From Eremomyces bilateralis CBS 781.70 (Eukaryota): DNA of 64,000 nucleotides. The DNA is taken from NCBI GenBank assembly GCA_010015585.1, contig ML975161.1; one strand, written 5' to 3'. The notes under the pieces were generated by a model. That model had not been told where the DNA came from. It saw nothing but the letters and a program-made list of their open reading frames with translations, and searched no databases. Made by a program: the position numbers and the translations under genes. Below, piece after piece: positions 25,632 to 38,297 of this stretch; the first letter of the stretch is position 1; each line of letters starts with the position of its first letter.

Positions 25632-26504
25632 GAGCGTGGACGCAGGCTTGGGAGCGCCATGAGAGGGGTGATGCTTAACGAACTGAAATGTTGGGGCAAA
25701 AGTTTACGACTCGTTCGGAGCGTTTCTATATTATTCGTTCTGTCTTCCAAGATACCATGGGTTAGGTTGTTCAGTCTTGTTTAACGACGGTTTGGCCTTC
25801 GGAGTGAGAATCGGTCCCAATGGCCCCTTGAATGATAGGGGCAGGGGAAATCGCCCCTTTCCCTTCATCCAATGCGACGAGTTTCATTTTATTGTAATAG
25901 ATTCTTTAGATTTGTATTTACGGGGCAATACGGATACAACCACCACTCTCAATCATATCACGTCAAGGTTCTCGCCTCCTTCCCGAAGGTTTGCCAGTGC
26001 TGTCACAAGAAATAATGTTAGGTGAAAAAAGTTTTTTCGTTCACATCAGGTCTCTACCCTGTCAGCTGTGGCGCTGTAGCATTAGATAATCCTCATTCGG
26101 CGAACGAAAATCGTGATCACTAATCCCAAGATTGGGAGGATGCACATGTATGCTGAATAATTGCCGATGTCGCGACTCCCTCCGAATCACGTGGAGGGGA
26201 GAGCAGAGTAAAATTGACGTCGTTGATTGTCTACGGCCCATCCCAAGACTTCGACTTCGATTCGGGAATAGATAAAGCCCGTCGCTAGGACTACAGCCGC
26301 TGGAAGCAGTGCGGAACACTCCAAGTCCACCCCCCCAAATTCCAATGACGATGCAACGCATCAAGATCTAAACGCGGACCATTACGCCTGTGGACTGGAA
26401 AGGAACCGTAAATACAACAGAATAATTCAGCAGGCAACTCCTCGATATCGCACTTCTAACACTATCCACGTTGGGGAAGGGCCAGGGAAATTGGGAATGC
26501 TGCA

Positions 26505-27608
26505 TCATACAGCGCTGTACCCACCCCGTGAACCACCTCCTTGGATCGAACTCGCGATTCTTCGCCCGAAGTCCTTGAGAAGGTATGGAACGTCGCGGAC
26601 GGCGTCGCCGTGCGGGAGAAGGTCCCAGCCACGCGCGCCGTAGCGGTTGTAGTTGAGCCACGCGCCAAAGATGAGGTAGGAGGCGATGAGGAGGAAGACG
26701 CTGTAGTAGACCAGGGGTTAGCTCAAGATCCACGGATTTGTAGGAAGGGGATAGGATGGGGACGACGTACATTATCAAGAACCAGGTGAAGAAACCCCAA
26801 TGGTCGGACGGTTTATCGTCCCCGGAATCTTTCTTGCTCTGGCATGCGTGTTTCGTCTTCCATTCCAAACGGAGCACCATCAAGTCCTCGTCCACCGCCG
26901 GCGTATAGCTCACGAATTGCAGACTTCGCCCTTCATCCATCTTTTTTCCCTCGCCTTTATCCGTTCCGTCATCCTCGACGTCAGCGTCGTCATCGCCTTC
27001 CCGTCTCCGCAGCTTCCCCTCCTCCTTATCGGCATCGTCCCCTTCCACTTCCGGATCGCACAGAAACTCGATGAAGGCTTTCTGCTTCTTCCCGTATCGT
27101 CCGGTAGGCGGATCCTGCCCGCCGCCGATCTCGAGCCGCAGACCCTCCTTGCCGGCGTCCGCGTTTGCGTCGGATTTGCTAAGCAATGTCCATTTCGGCT
27201 CGAGGTATCGGTTGTCGGTGGGACGGAGCATGGCGATCGGGATGGCGGAGAAGGGATCGGAGTCGTTGTTAAGGTAGGTTGAAGCACATACTGTTCGCGC
27301 TGTAAGTACCACAACGCTCAACGGATGGGGGTCGACGCACTCCGGGACCCTTGCGGACATCCGGTATCCTTCAGCGGATGGCAGAGATCCGTTGTAAAGG
27401 TAGTGTTGTGCACGCCTGGCTCCCCGGGCAGGTCGGACCGGATGTAATGGACGCTATGCTTGCCATCAAGCTTGCTGAGGTCGAACTCCCGCTTGTCCTT
27501 GACGATGTGCTTGCAGTCGATCTCCGCGGATGCCAACGAGGAGAGCAGGAGGGCGGAGGAAAGGAGCGAGAGCATGGCGGATGACTTTGAGAAGGGTACT
27601 GAAGGCAT
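26505..27608 (-). CDS. ATG27: Autophagy-related protein 27 (type I membrane protein, MRH-like luminal domain), 3 exons
   Basis: Signal peptide, then CKHIVKDKREFDLSKLDG. Introns 27340-27291 and 26770-26701. AFIEFLCD, LRLEWKTKHAC, transmembrane segment HWGFFTWFLIIVFLLIASYLIFGAW, then NYNRYGARGWDLLPHGD and C-terminal GGYSAV* (YxxPhi sorting motif). Confidence 0.92.
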
Positions 27609-28309
27609 CTAGATGGCGTGTGGTGGAGAATAATGCCTTCCAAGCGTGGTTTGGCGATGTTGGTACCGTGTCACGGATGGACAGCGGTTTGACGAGTTCA
27701 CGATGAGGGATGAGAGGAAACAGGGATACGCAACAAAGGTATTAAAAGAGCGACAGAAGGGAAATGGAATAGAAGAAAGTAGAATCGGGAATCAGTCTAA
27801 TGGACTCGTGGTCTTGATTGTTAAGAGTTGGTATCATGAATCATCAAGCACTGGTGGCTGGGCTCTATCAAATGACGATACCGCAGGCATTCGCAGCTCA
27901 CACGACAACCGATCCCATGGGGCCTCAGGCCATGAGGCGCCGTTTCGGAAATTCCCGTCTCTGGACAGGGGTAGCTCGAGGCTCAGGACAACCAGCTAAA
28001 CTTCTTAAGGCTGCATTTAACGCTGTGATATCTACCTTCTGCATCTTTTCCTTGGTATATAACGAGTCCTTTGAAAGTCTATGTCTATCGTTATCATCCC
28101 CTTTATATTCGTGATTTAGCCTGCATCTAAAGGAAGAAATTGTTGGTCCTGAAGCATACCCCCAGCGCGTCGAGAACGTTCAATCGTTGCTTGCTTTCGC
28201 CCTCCGTCACCGTTCTTAAATACAAAGAGTCCCTCCTTTATATTCCTTTTAATCTAGGAAGCCGATACGATTCTGCGTTTTAGTGGGCTGGGGGTGCGCG
28301 TCGAGCGCG

Positions 28310-31300
28310 ATGGGTGAGGCTACAGGTGGGATGCCCAACATGCCTGAGATCCACGATGAGGGCATGACTGTTCTTTGGGATCCGGTTGATCCCGTTGCAG
28401 AGTGTGTGACTCTCTGTTCTCCAAGTCTTCTAATCAAGGCGGACAGTTCGGGTACTCGCCCGTACACCCAAGACTATCTGGGGTGGACGAAATTGATAAT
28501 GTGGCTTTGACAAAATCCCGCGGTCTACGTCTAGCTAGAATATATTAGAGTTGCTTGGTTAGAAGCAGTATAAAATGGGGCAGATCTTTTGCCTTTTGTA
28601 ATGGTACCGGTAGCTACAAACTGATTGAGTACAGTATAGTCTTCGTCCACGGACTTCAAGGACACCCGATGCGAACCTGGCAATATAACAACGAAAGCAA
28701 GGTCCATAAATGGATGAAGAAATGGACGTCTGACACCAAATCTGGCCCTTCATCCGAATCGACTGACGCAGCGAAGAAGCCAGGCAAACATGTCCCGTGC
28801 TACTGGCCATACGATCTATTACGGTTGGACTGTCGGGCGCTCCGGATAGCCGCGTACGGATACGATTCAAGGGTGTCGCACTTCTTCGGAGGCCCGGCGA
28901 ATCAGACGACAATCATCGGGCATGGTAATAGTCTCCTGAACGATCTCGAAACACTCAGGTAGTCGGATCCCAATCGGCCGCTCTTGTTCGTTGTCCATAG
29001 CCTTGGAGGGCTTGTGGTGAAGCACGCCTTGAGACAGTTGTGGCAGGCAAACCGGGGCGAGTCCGCTAGAATCGATATGATGGTCTTTTCGTGGTGAGCG
29101 AAACTAATGGCACGACGCGTTTGAACCATGCCCCTGGGCTATATAAACAGTCGTCAATTTCGTCCACCCCAAACAGACTTAAAGTTTATGTCAAGGGCTT
29201 CGCAAATGAAGCAAAGAATCTAGTCGGTGTTCATTTCATAAGGTTGCGAGTATTCCACGTTACTTTCTTCCCTTTCGAAGTTGATCTTTTTGTGTCGCGC
29301 GAAAGAGCAATGCAACTGGTTGAACAACCGATTTTAGTTGCTGGGGAGGTTTGTTGATTGGGTTCAGCAGCTGATCGTTTTAGGTGGTCAACGATGGTTC
29401 GTCCGCGCTGTATCACTCCATGGAACGAAGAGATACTATCAACGCCAATCACATGGCAATGTGTCGATTTGCCTCTACATCAGATCAAGGATACAGCAAA
29501 GTTGCTGCTGCAATATCAAAGTGCATAAATCGGCACTCCTCCAAAAAAGAATGTATCCATAGGGAGATGATACTCAAGTCTCTTTATTCACCGGTCGGGC
29601 AAGCTCGAATGCACCAAGTTGAAGATGCTAAAAAACATACTTTCGAATGGGTATTTGACAACAAAGATCGCGGTGTCGAGGATCGGCTTCGGAACGGATC
29701 CGGCCTTTATTGGATCCAAGGAAAGCCTGCCTCGGGAAAATCAACACTGATGCGGTTCATAATACAATGTCCACGGACTCGAGAAATCTCTCCAAAGGAG
29801 GTCCTCGCCAATGTAGTGCAGCTTTCTTCTTCCACGATCGGGGAGTCGGCATCCAAAAGTCATTCCATGGCTTACTATGCGGAATTCTCTGGCAAATCCT
29901 CTCGGAAACCTAAGCACTAATCACGATCATCAAACTTCCCGCCGGTCGTGCAATGCAGAAGGGCAAATGGGAGATGAATGATCTCGAAGACGCATTTGAT
30001 GCCATCAGGCATCAAACTTCTATCAAACTCCGATCATGCTCTATCTAGATGCGCTGGATGAGTACTCTGGCCGATACGAAGACATTGTTAACTGGTTGGA
30101 GTTGATAGCGACGGGGAAGACCGACACGAAGCTTTCAAAGAAGAAAGTAGCTTCTTAGACAGAAATCAAGATACTGTTCTCAAGTCGTCCACATCAACTC
30201 TTCATTGACAGTTTCAGCGATATCCCAGGATTCGGACTGCAGGACTACACTCAAACGGACATTCGAACTGTGATTCTTGCAAGGTTAAAGGGAATGTGAG
30301 AATGAGACGAATAATGGAATCCGATTCCAAGACCCAGCAATCTGCGATCAACACGCTAGTAGGCGACATCTCGAAAAGAGCTGAGGGGGTGTTTCTATGG
30401 GTACGACTAGTCCTCGATGAGTTGATGGAGGACTGTACGGCTGGCGAACCAATCGAGGCGTTCACAGAGCGGTTGAACATCCGGCCCAGCGATTTGGAAA
30501 CTTCCTACGAACACATGCTGCGTAAAGTTCCCGAAAAATACCGAAACGATGCGGCCATCATGATCGAGATTCTTCAAGAATGCATCCATTGCATCAGCGC
30601 GAGGGCATTCGTTGAAGCATGCAGAGCAGCGCCGTACAATTTGTTGGAGGACAGCATGACTGCTACCAAACAACTTGAATCTTACTCGAACGATGACCTG
30701 GAGAGGTTCATCCGTAGCCGATCCGGGGGGCTTCTCGAAACCAAGGTCTCCTCCTCTATTTACTACCTCGAATTTGACACACAAACACTGCTCTCCCCCA
30801 AAGAAGTTAAATTATCTACCGGAGAGGTGCCTACCGGGGATGCGAATCAGTTGGGCCAGACACCGAACAACTAAAGTGGCAGAGTAATGGTCCAGAAGCG
30901 AGACAACATCGGCCAAGATATCATTACTAACCCACGTCCGATGTGTACTGGAGACCTTCGATATTCAGAAAGGTCCCCGTCCTCAAGGGAGAACGCCATT
31001 GATACCGTTATCACTTCGGCAGACTCATTTGAATGGCCTGAAGTCAGGAGCCCTAATGAATCCTCTATCAGAGAAGACTTAGCAGGTGACAGTGCACTCT
31101 CTGTCAGCGGTTCTTCAGATGGTACTGGACCAGCTCTTCCGCCGGGACAACACTTCGTGGGAATTCCGGTTTCCAGGTCCAATTCATCCACCAAACTGTC
31201 AAATCCTTCGCCCAAAAGAAGCTCCTGCGTAATGCGGAACATTCGAAGGGCCCTAAACCAAGTAAAGGTTGTCTTTACCTGATGAAAGCGATTCTCGTGT

Positions 31301-32413
31301 CCTATGTTGTCTGGGATGGCGTGAAGTCTCCGCGGCTCGATTTTGCATCTCAACTGAATGTGCCGCTGACTGGTTACAACTACTCGCTTGCCGTTTGGTT
31401 ATCTCGATATGCTCAGGCTTCGGATGAGCACTGGCCATCCGAGTTGTTGAGTGTGATGGAACAGCTGGATGGCATATGGATCCATTATTTCTTCCCGAAG
31501 GAGACGAACTACGAATCTGAGACGCTCAGAGCCCCGGATACAGTTCTTGCCATGGGAGTCTTCCTGGGGCTCGAGAATTTCTTGAAGCGAGTGCTACCCA
31601 AATCTCGGAAGGGTAATATCAGTCAGAGTGGCTTACTGCATCTACTGGGTTATTTCCCTACCCGGAAGCTGAATCGTTTATCCCATTCTTATCCCCCGCA
31701 CCTCCAAAAAGGCTTCAAGGGCAAGGTTACCATCGATCTACTAGTTGCAAATGGTGCTTCAATTGAGGAGAGACTAGACGACCAAACTCCATTTGAAGCA
31801 TTATTCGAGCCAACCCCTGAATTGCTTGCTTTGTTTTGCAATCCTAATTCCGACCATGCTCTATCAGATCTGGCGAGAACTTATCACAGCCATGGCCAAG
31901 GCATGAACACCTGCGTTCGATGGAAAGCAAGGATCAAATATGATTCCGATAAGGATATCAAGCTTTATGCAAGAGAGTCGGACAAGCACTTCGTCATGCC
32001 CCTTCACGTCGCCGTTGCCGGTTACGATTGTGTGACAGCAAAGACCCTGCTCGAGCTAGGAGCTAATGTGAACTCGCTCGACTCCTTGGGGAGGCCGGCA
32101 ATGGATGTCGCCTTCATTCATGGCCCGCATTGACTCCGTAGAAGGGTCTCAGATTCTCCCCCAGATTGTGGAAATTCTGTTCGATTACGGTGGTAGGCTT
32201 CACAGACCCTACGAGGATACCCCCATTATTCCCCATGGTCACAGACGCTTGGGGCCTGAAAGATCCACCACATGGGACCCGGAACGGTTCTTTGATATTC
32301 CCAGGAGCGTTCCTCGTGTCGCCCTTCTAACTATTGGTGACCGCGAGTATCGCTGCCCTTCCTTGAGGTCACCGCAGGACCACCGCTCGCAGCTGGCGAT
32401 TCAGGGTTCGTGA
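28310..32413 (+). pseudogene. Disrupted fungal NLR-like gene: alpha/beta-hydrolase (SesB/PGAP1-like) + NACHT + ankyrin
   Basis: Hydrolase motifs DIVFVHGLQGHP (across intron 28402-28634), YWPYDLL, YGYDS, RPLLFVVHSLGGLVVK and NANHMAMCRF. NACHT motifs: Walker A GKPASGKST (29720-29746), FFFHDRG, Walker B LDALDE (30045-30062), SSRP and AEGVFLWV. Ankyrin repeat PLHVAV...LLELGANVNSLDSLGRPAMDVA. In-frame stops at 28960, 29911, 30156 and 30872; frameshifts near 29800, 30035, 30295, 31280 and 32125. Confidence 0.85.
28470..29180. repeat. 27-bp inverted repeat pair (28470-28496 and 29154-29180)
   Basis: AAGACTATCTGGGGTGGACGAAATTGA versus the reverse complement of the second copy, AAGTCTGTTTGGGGTGGACGAAATTGA: 24/27 identical, with the last 18 nt exact. 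Confidence 0.75.
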
Positions 32414-33010
32414 GGGTAGTCCGAGGGGTTGTGAAAAATGTGCAAACACATCTTGGCTTGGGAGTATGAGTGTTGGGATCATTCTGCGTGGAGGAAATCA
32501 GTGGCCAAGAATCATACCCCGGGGTTTGGCCATGAATATTCGGGGTTTCAAGATTTATGAGGAATTTCCGGATAGCTGGTTCTTTCTTCACTGAGCGCTG
32601 CCCTTCTGCTGCATATTGGTTATTTCTTTTGTGTCTAGGTAGGCATATTTACGCGCTGGATCCAAGAGAGCAAAGTATACTCGTAGACTATTTAAATGGC
32701 TGTGGATATAAGAGGTTCTTGCTAGCGATCTAATTTCCTTCGTTGCAAATTGTCTACTATACGACTGACAATCAGAACATTACTCTAGTATATTCTTTGA
32801 TTCGGGATCATTTTGGCAACACAACCAGCTCCTCCACAGACAGTGATCACGTTCCATTGCTACTAATAATTCAACGCTACAAGTATCGTGCTAATCAGAA
32901 CAAACCGCTCAAAAACATCGCACTGTAGTCCACCAGCGCCATCGCCCGTGGGTGTTCCTAGCAAAAACAATTCCGCTCCGAGACCCGTTCCGACGCGCAG
33001 CGCCACGCCA

Positions 33011-34935
33011 TCAAATCAGATAGCTTTCCCCCGCCTTGCTAAGGATGAACTCGCAACCCATCGCCTTCCCGACCCTGACAAGGTGCCGCTCATGCTCGAT
33101 TAGTTCCGCTAGGATCCGTTCCCCGACTAGAGGGCCGTCTTGCAAGGTGTCTTTCACGTGGATGATGAAGACCTTGAGTCCTTTTAGCGGAGGTTCGCTG
33201 ACTCCTGCTGCGAGTTCCGATGCGATGGCGCTTGGCCCCCGTTCCCCAGATGGAGGGGGAACTACCTCTGCTGTCGGCCCCGAGTTTACGTCCATGTAGC
33301 TGATGGGCTCCTTGCCATCGATCATCACTTTCTTCCGGCCTTTTCCGCGTCGGGAACTCTCTGGTCTCTCTCCGAGGCTTTCGCTTTCCTCTGCCAGGGT
33401 ATCAATATCCGCCACGAAACCGGAACTCGATCGTCTTTTCCGCTTGGATTTCTCCCGTTCCCTGTCTTCTGTTTTCTCCTTGCGATATTCACGGACAAAT
33501 TCTGCGAGCGTCTGTAGTTCGGTGACGAGGTGCCTGGGTGCAAAATGTCCGAATAGGCCCTCATCCGCCTGATCATCGGTGAAAGAACATTCGATAAAAA
33601 CAGCGCCGAGGCATCCGGACACGATCTTCCATGCCGCTTCTCCCCAGACCTCCCGGTTCCGTGGTACGTGCGATAATGAATCTGGTTCGACATCTCCAAA
33701 GATCAGGATTTCTTGACCCGGTGCAACACCCCGGATGAAGAACGCGGTGCTATCGACCACGCAGCCGCCACCGGCTGCGCTTTGAGGCTGATGGCCAAAG
33801 TCGGTGAATACGATGGAATCCCTAGGCGTACCAGGTTGAGATGGAATGCTGAAAATTGAAGGCCTTCTTGGTGTTGTCGTAGGACCGACAGCAAGCGGCG
33901 TCAAGTTGGAACCAGATGAAGTCCGCCCTTGAGAATCGGCCGCAAAGGGATTGGGGGAAATGACAGGGGTAATGGAATGATGTCCCGCGTTGAAGGAGGC
34001 TCGTTGACCGCCGTGTAACCCTGCCGAAGATTCAGAGCGATCGGGGGCGTTGATATTCGGAGTGCTGCCTCTGTGTCCCCAGCGGCATGGGCTAGCAGTG
34101 TGTCCGTGGGAAACGAGAAAGGCTTTAACAGCAAGGCCATCGCAGACCTCAATGTAGCCACGACCTTCTCCTTCCCCGAGGGCAATGTTGCCACCTTCAG
34201 CAAGGCGTTGAAAAGTAACAAGTCCAACACCTCCATCTTCGTCGGTGAGGTTCGGCCAGATGATGTCGTTGAAGATGTGGGTCTTGATGGCAGCAACAGT
34301 GAACGGAAGCGCGGCAACTCGCTTAGGGCGGGACGTGTTATGAAAAGCCGCAGTATTCATGACGAATGCGGAAACATGATCTAGGTGGGGGTGCGTCACA
34401 AGGTACGTCGCCACATGCTCCCGGACAACATGAAGTCCGTTCGCACGGGAAGACTTGAACGGGAATGGCAAGCCTGCAAAAGGGCCTGATTGAAGTGTCC
34501 GTGTTGCGTCATCTCCATCGTCGTTGGTGTCTGAATTCTCCAGCGGTTCACGGGCGGGCGGTGCTTCTGAGACATTCGGAAAGTCGCTGTCCAAGATCCG
34601 GATGATTGATGCTAAATGCGCGCCCGCATCGACGGCAAGGACAGATCCTCTTGACCAGTTGGTCGTTGTCGAACGAACCAAAAATCCCGTGACGTTATCT
34701 TCGACAGGACCTCCACCGCTTCCCTAATGTCTTGTCAGTGGACAATTCAACAAACGTTGAAACAAGCTTTCTAGCTCAATCTGGATCACTGCATCCCGTC
34801 ACTCCCGAGTGCAAACCAAGACTGAACAGGTGGAGATAAAGGGTATGAGACATGGCGCTGGAACCGACTTACCAAGCAAATCACTTGTATCTTCCCGTCA
34901 TTTTCACGACGGCTCCGGCCCTTCCCGCTTCCCAT
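33011..34935 (-). CDS. PDE1: Low-affinity class II cAMP phosphodiesterase (2 exons)
   Basis: Exon 1 MGSGKG...IQVICL, intron 34872-34724, then GSGGGPVEDNVTGFLVRS and AVDAGAHL. Class II metallo-beta-lactamase-fold signature THPHLDHVSAFVMN, plus IFNDIIWPNL, IFGDVEPD, IECSF, LFGHFAP and IIHVKD. Confidence 0.93.
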
Positions 34936-37900
34936 CGTGGCTCTTTATGAACATCCAAAGGACAACGCTTTGAATTGGTCAAGTTGAACCGTGTATTCAG
35001 CAATTGTTTGTCTGCGCCAAGAGGCAATTCGATAGGATTATTTCCTTTCTCATGTATTCTTGTTCAAATAACAGGATACCGCATGCGTTCGAGTGTGATA
35101 GGTGTGTTTATTGGATCGGCTGCCAGCAGAAGTTGAGGAACTGTGCAGGCACGTTTCCGCTTCGTAATCGTCACGGCGACGCCTAGACAAGAAATCCTTC
35201 GAAGAGCTATAATTTAGAGAGTCGCTAACACGTCATAGATGAAGAATAAAATATTAATAAAAAAACAGCAGCAATGGCAGTATTGTGTCTACGCGAACGA
35301 TTCGATTGTAATTGATGTGAGAATAAGCATCACCGCCGCATTCCGAGCGACAATCAGCAAACAAAGGAATTGGTCTTGCCACACTGCGGGAGGATCATCC
35401 TTTGAGTTTGATATATCAAAGAAATGCAGGGTCGAGTTACGTATTCCATTGCCGTTTACCTCATCAAGTCATTGTAAGCAACTGAAGTCAACTATACGAT
35501 CGATGACGGCGGTGAGACTTTCCGTTCAGCAAGGCAATGGAAGCTTCTGTCCGCTGCACGTGACTGGATTGTGGTGGCTGGGATTTTTGAATTTGAAATG
35601 CCTGTTCCTGTTCATTGAAAGTTGACGGAGCGAAGGTTCTAGTTTGGCCCTTCACTGGTTTTATTCCATTTGGGTATCATCAATTGAGAGAGGTTGCGAA
35701 CTGTGGGGGGGTAGTATGTAGCCATCCGTTATTATCTATTCCCAGAGGTTTTTTTTTCAAATTTGTGCCTTCGGTAACTACCATATGGATATGTTATGGT
35801 AACTTCAAGGACCTCGTCATTTTCTACTTTTAATCATAGTCACATATCCACATGTAATCTGTCATCTTTCCTGGGCCGCATATTTTCTCTCCTTCTGCCG
35901 ACTTGCGCTTATACCTGCTTCGAGATTCGACATCTAGTGTCTCGGGTTCATTACGCACAGCTGCTGCTTATTTGGATGATTCACGGAAAGCGCTGGACAT
36001 CCAGCGCGTCATCCATCATCATGCAAAGTTGCTCTAACAATACATGGCATGTTCAGCTCATAGCAGAACTTGACTGCTTAGGAAGCATTCAGGTGAAGCC
36101 GTGAAGGCCAGGTATTGTTGCTGCTGATAACCCTCCTGGACTCCAACGATAGTCCCATCGCGAAATCTGTGCATAAAGACAGATCGGGATCACGATCTGA
36201 AAGAGCATCATGGTGATTCACACCGGTGTCAAATTGGTTGCGAAATATTGTGAATAGCATATGCTAGTGAGACATTGCCAGCTACCTGTATTGGTGTTGA
36301 AATAATTGTCAGCACAAAGGGAACTCCCTTGACAATGCTTTGATGTCCCAGATGCTCGGTTCCCCAGCCTTGCTATTAGCCGTACGGGCTATATTTCAAC
36401 GATCGGCTACCCATCAGTTCTCATCCATTTAGACCTGAACGCCTTGCATCCGCTATCGATCCCTGAACCATCCTCTATCCGTCCCGGTAAGCAACATCAA
36501 ATGAAGCAATTGCCAACACTTACAACCCCATCCACCACTTTACCAGCCGCAGAGCGCCCGCGTACCACCACCCTGCCGATCAAGTACCAAGGACAGAGGA
36601 TCCAGCATTAGTGGTTGGCATATGCGTCATTGCCTCGCATTTTTGGGATCACACATTGGTGCGGCGGGAACCCGTCTCATATGTGAAATGCTGTGACAAG
36701 ATCTCTGTAGTCCGCGAGGTGGTCGCCTCACATTTCACTTATCAGCCTGGCTGACTCATGCAGGATCGATCTCTGTACTGAGTGTGGCGTCCTATCTAGC
36801 TCGAAATCATTCATCGGCAGAAATTTAGTTGAGTTATTTCAGCTCATAGGTGTCGATTCAGGTTTCTTACATTGTGCCATCCGCCTTGGGCTTTAGAATG
36901 TTGGTGATTGTCATATTCCGCATACATGCCGTATTCAAGGGGGCGTCGATATTGGGCATCAACTCTGTCACCGTAAGGATATTTCTTTGCAATAAAGTAA
37001 ATCTACGATCGGGCCATATACGGAGTACTCGAAATTGCAAATAGCCAAACACACTCGCACTCTGACAGAAAAAGCAAAACCACGGCTCACGAAGGGCGAG
37101 ACGGACGGCTCGGAAACAAATCAATCCTAAAACGCAATCGTGCTATGCAGAATGTCTCCGAATCAACTAATACAATAGATTTTTGCTTTTATTCCAGGAA
37201 ATGTGCATGCGCCATAATGGGAAACAGGTAGGAAGTTGATATCACGCTGGTTTGGCGGAAAGAAGGCAGCCAATAGCACGAGATACTACCGACGAGATGC
37301 CTATTTGTAGCAAACGCAATGCTGCATTTGGTCCCAGCCACATATATGCGCATCCAGTACGCGATGTATATCAATCTGGTGATACTCCATCCCCTCGACC
37401 CACTCCCCAACTTCCAACCCTTCTTGGGACATGGCTTCGCCTCCCTGGCCCGGCAAACTGGTAAAGTACGACAATTGACGATACACAACCTCAGCCCATC
37501 TACCGCTCAGTAGTGTCACACGGGGACGCCGGGATGATCTCAGCCATGAGCCAACTAGATATTCATTTCCGCCCGACAAAAGCAACGTGTCCCGTGCGCC
37601 ACAGCGCTTTCTGCAGCTTTTCCCTTGATCGACTGGCGAAAATCCCGAAGGCTTTGCTTTGTGATAATCAGCGCCGGTCTTCAGCATGGATTGGCCAGGC
37701 TCGATGGACTCCGGCAGAGTGGTTCGGGTACGGGAATTCCGGTCGGACGGTAGGTGTCAAGGGAAGTGAGGCTATGTGGGGCATGACTATGCAATTATCT
37801 ATTTGTAGGCGGAATGTATCTGATAGATCGTGATCTGCTAGACACATTCTTCATAATCGGATTACATTTGCCAAGAAAGAAGACAACCCGACATTTTTTA

Positions 37901-38297
37901 TTCGGTATGCGTAGTTGAGGTGGGAACCGCGGAGGGCAGTGCCCGCCCGCCCTCCTTGGTAATGAAATATGCCAAACACCAGAGGCATGGAAAGCAAGGA
38001 GAAAGAAAGTCATAAACAATAACCGAACTGATTCTGTAGATACTCTTGAGGACATCTCTTTTGTATATTGTGACCCGTGATGTAGTGCCAAAGTCTCCAT
38101 GCCATGCTGCCATTCCACAATCCGAACTCGTCGAACACCGTAGAAACAAAGGAAACTGGAAGGAACCATCCCTTCGAAAGACGCCGGAATTCTCGCGCCT
38201 TTACAGTGAGATGCACAGTTGACATAGAAAAAGGCTAATGGTATCACATAATTGAAAATAAACATCATACATTTCGTGTTATAGGGTCACAACAAAC

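Noticed and set aside
28959..28999. TAG at 28960 explained as a 41-nt intron or as an A-to-I-edited or readthrough stop
   Set aside because: Splicing would delete the conserved RPLLFVVH strand before SLGG, and the downstream TAA stops and frameshifts cannot be repaired by editing.
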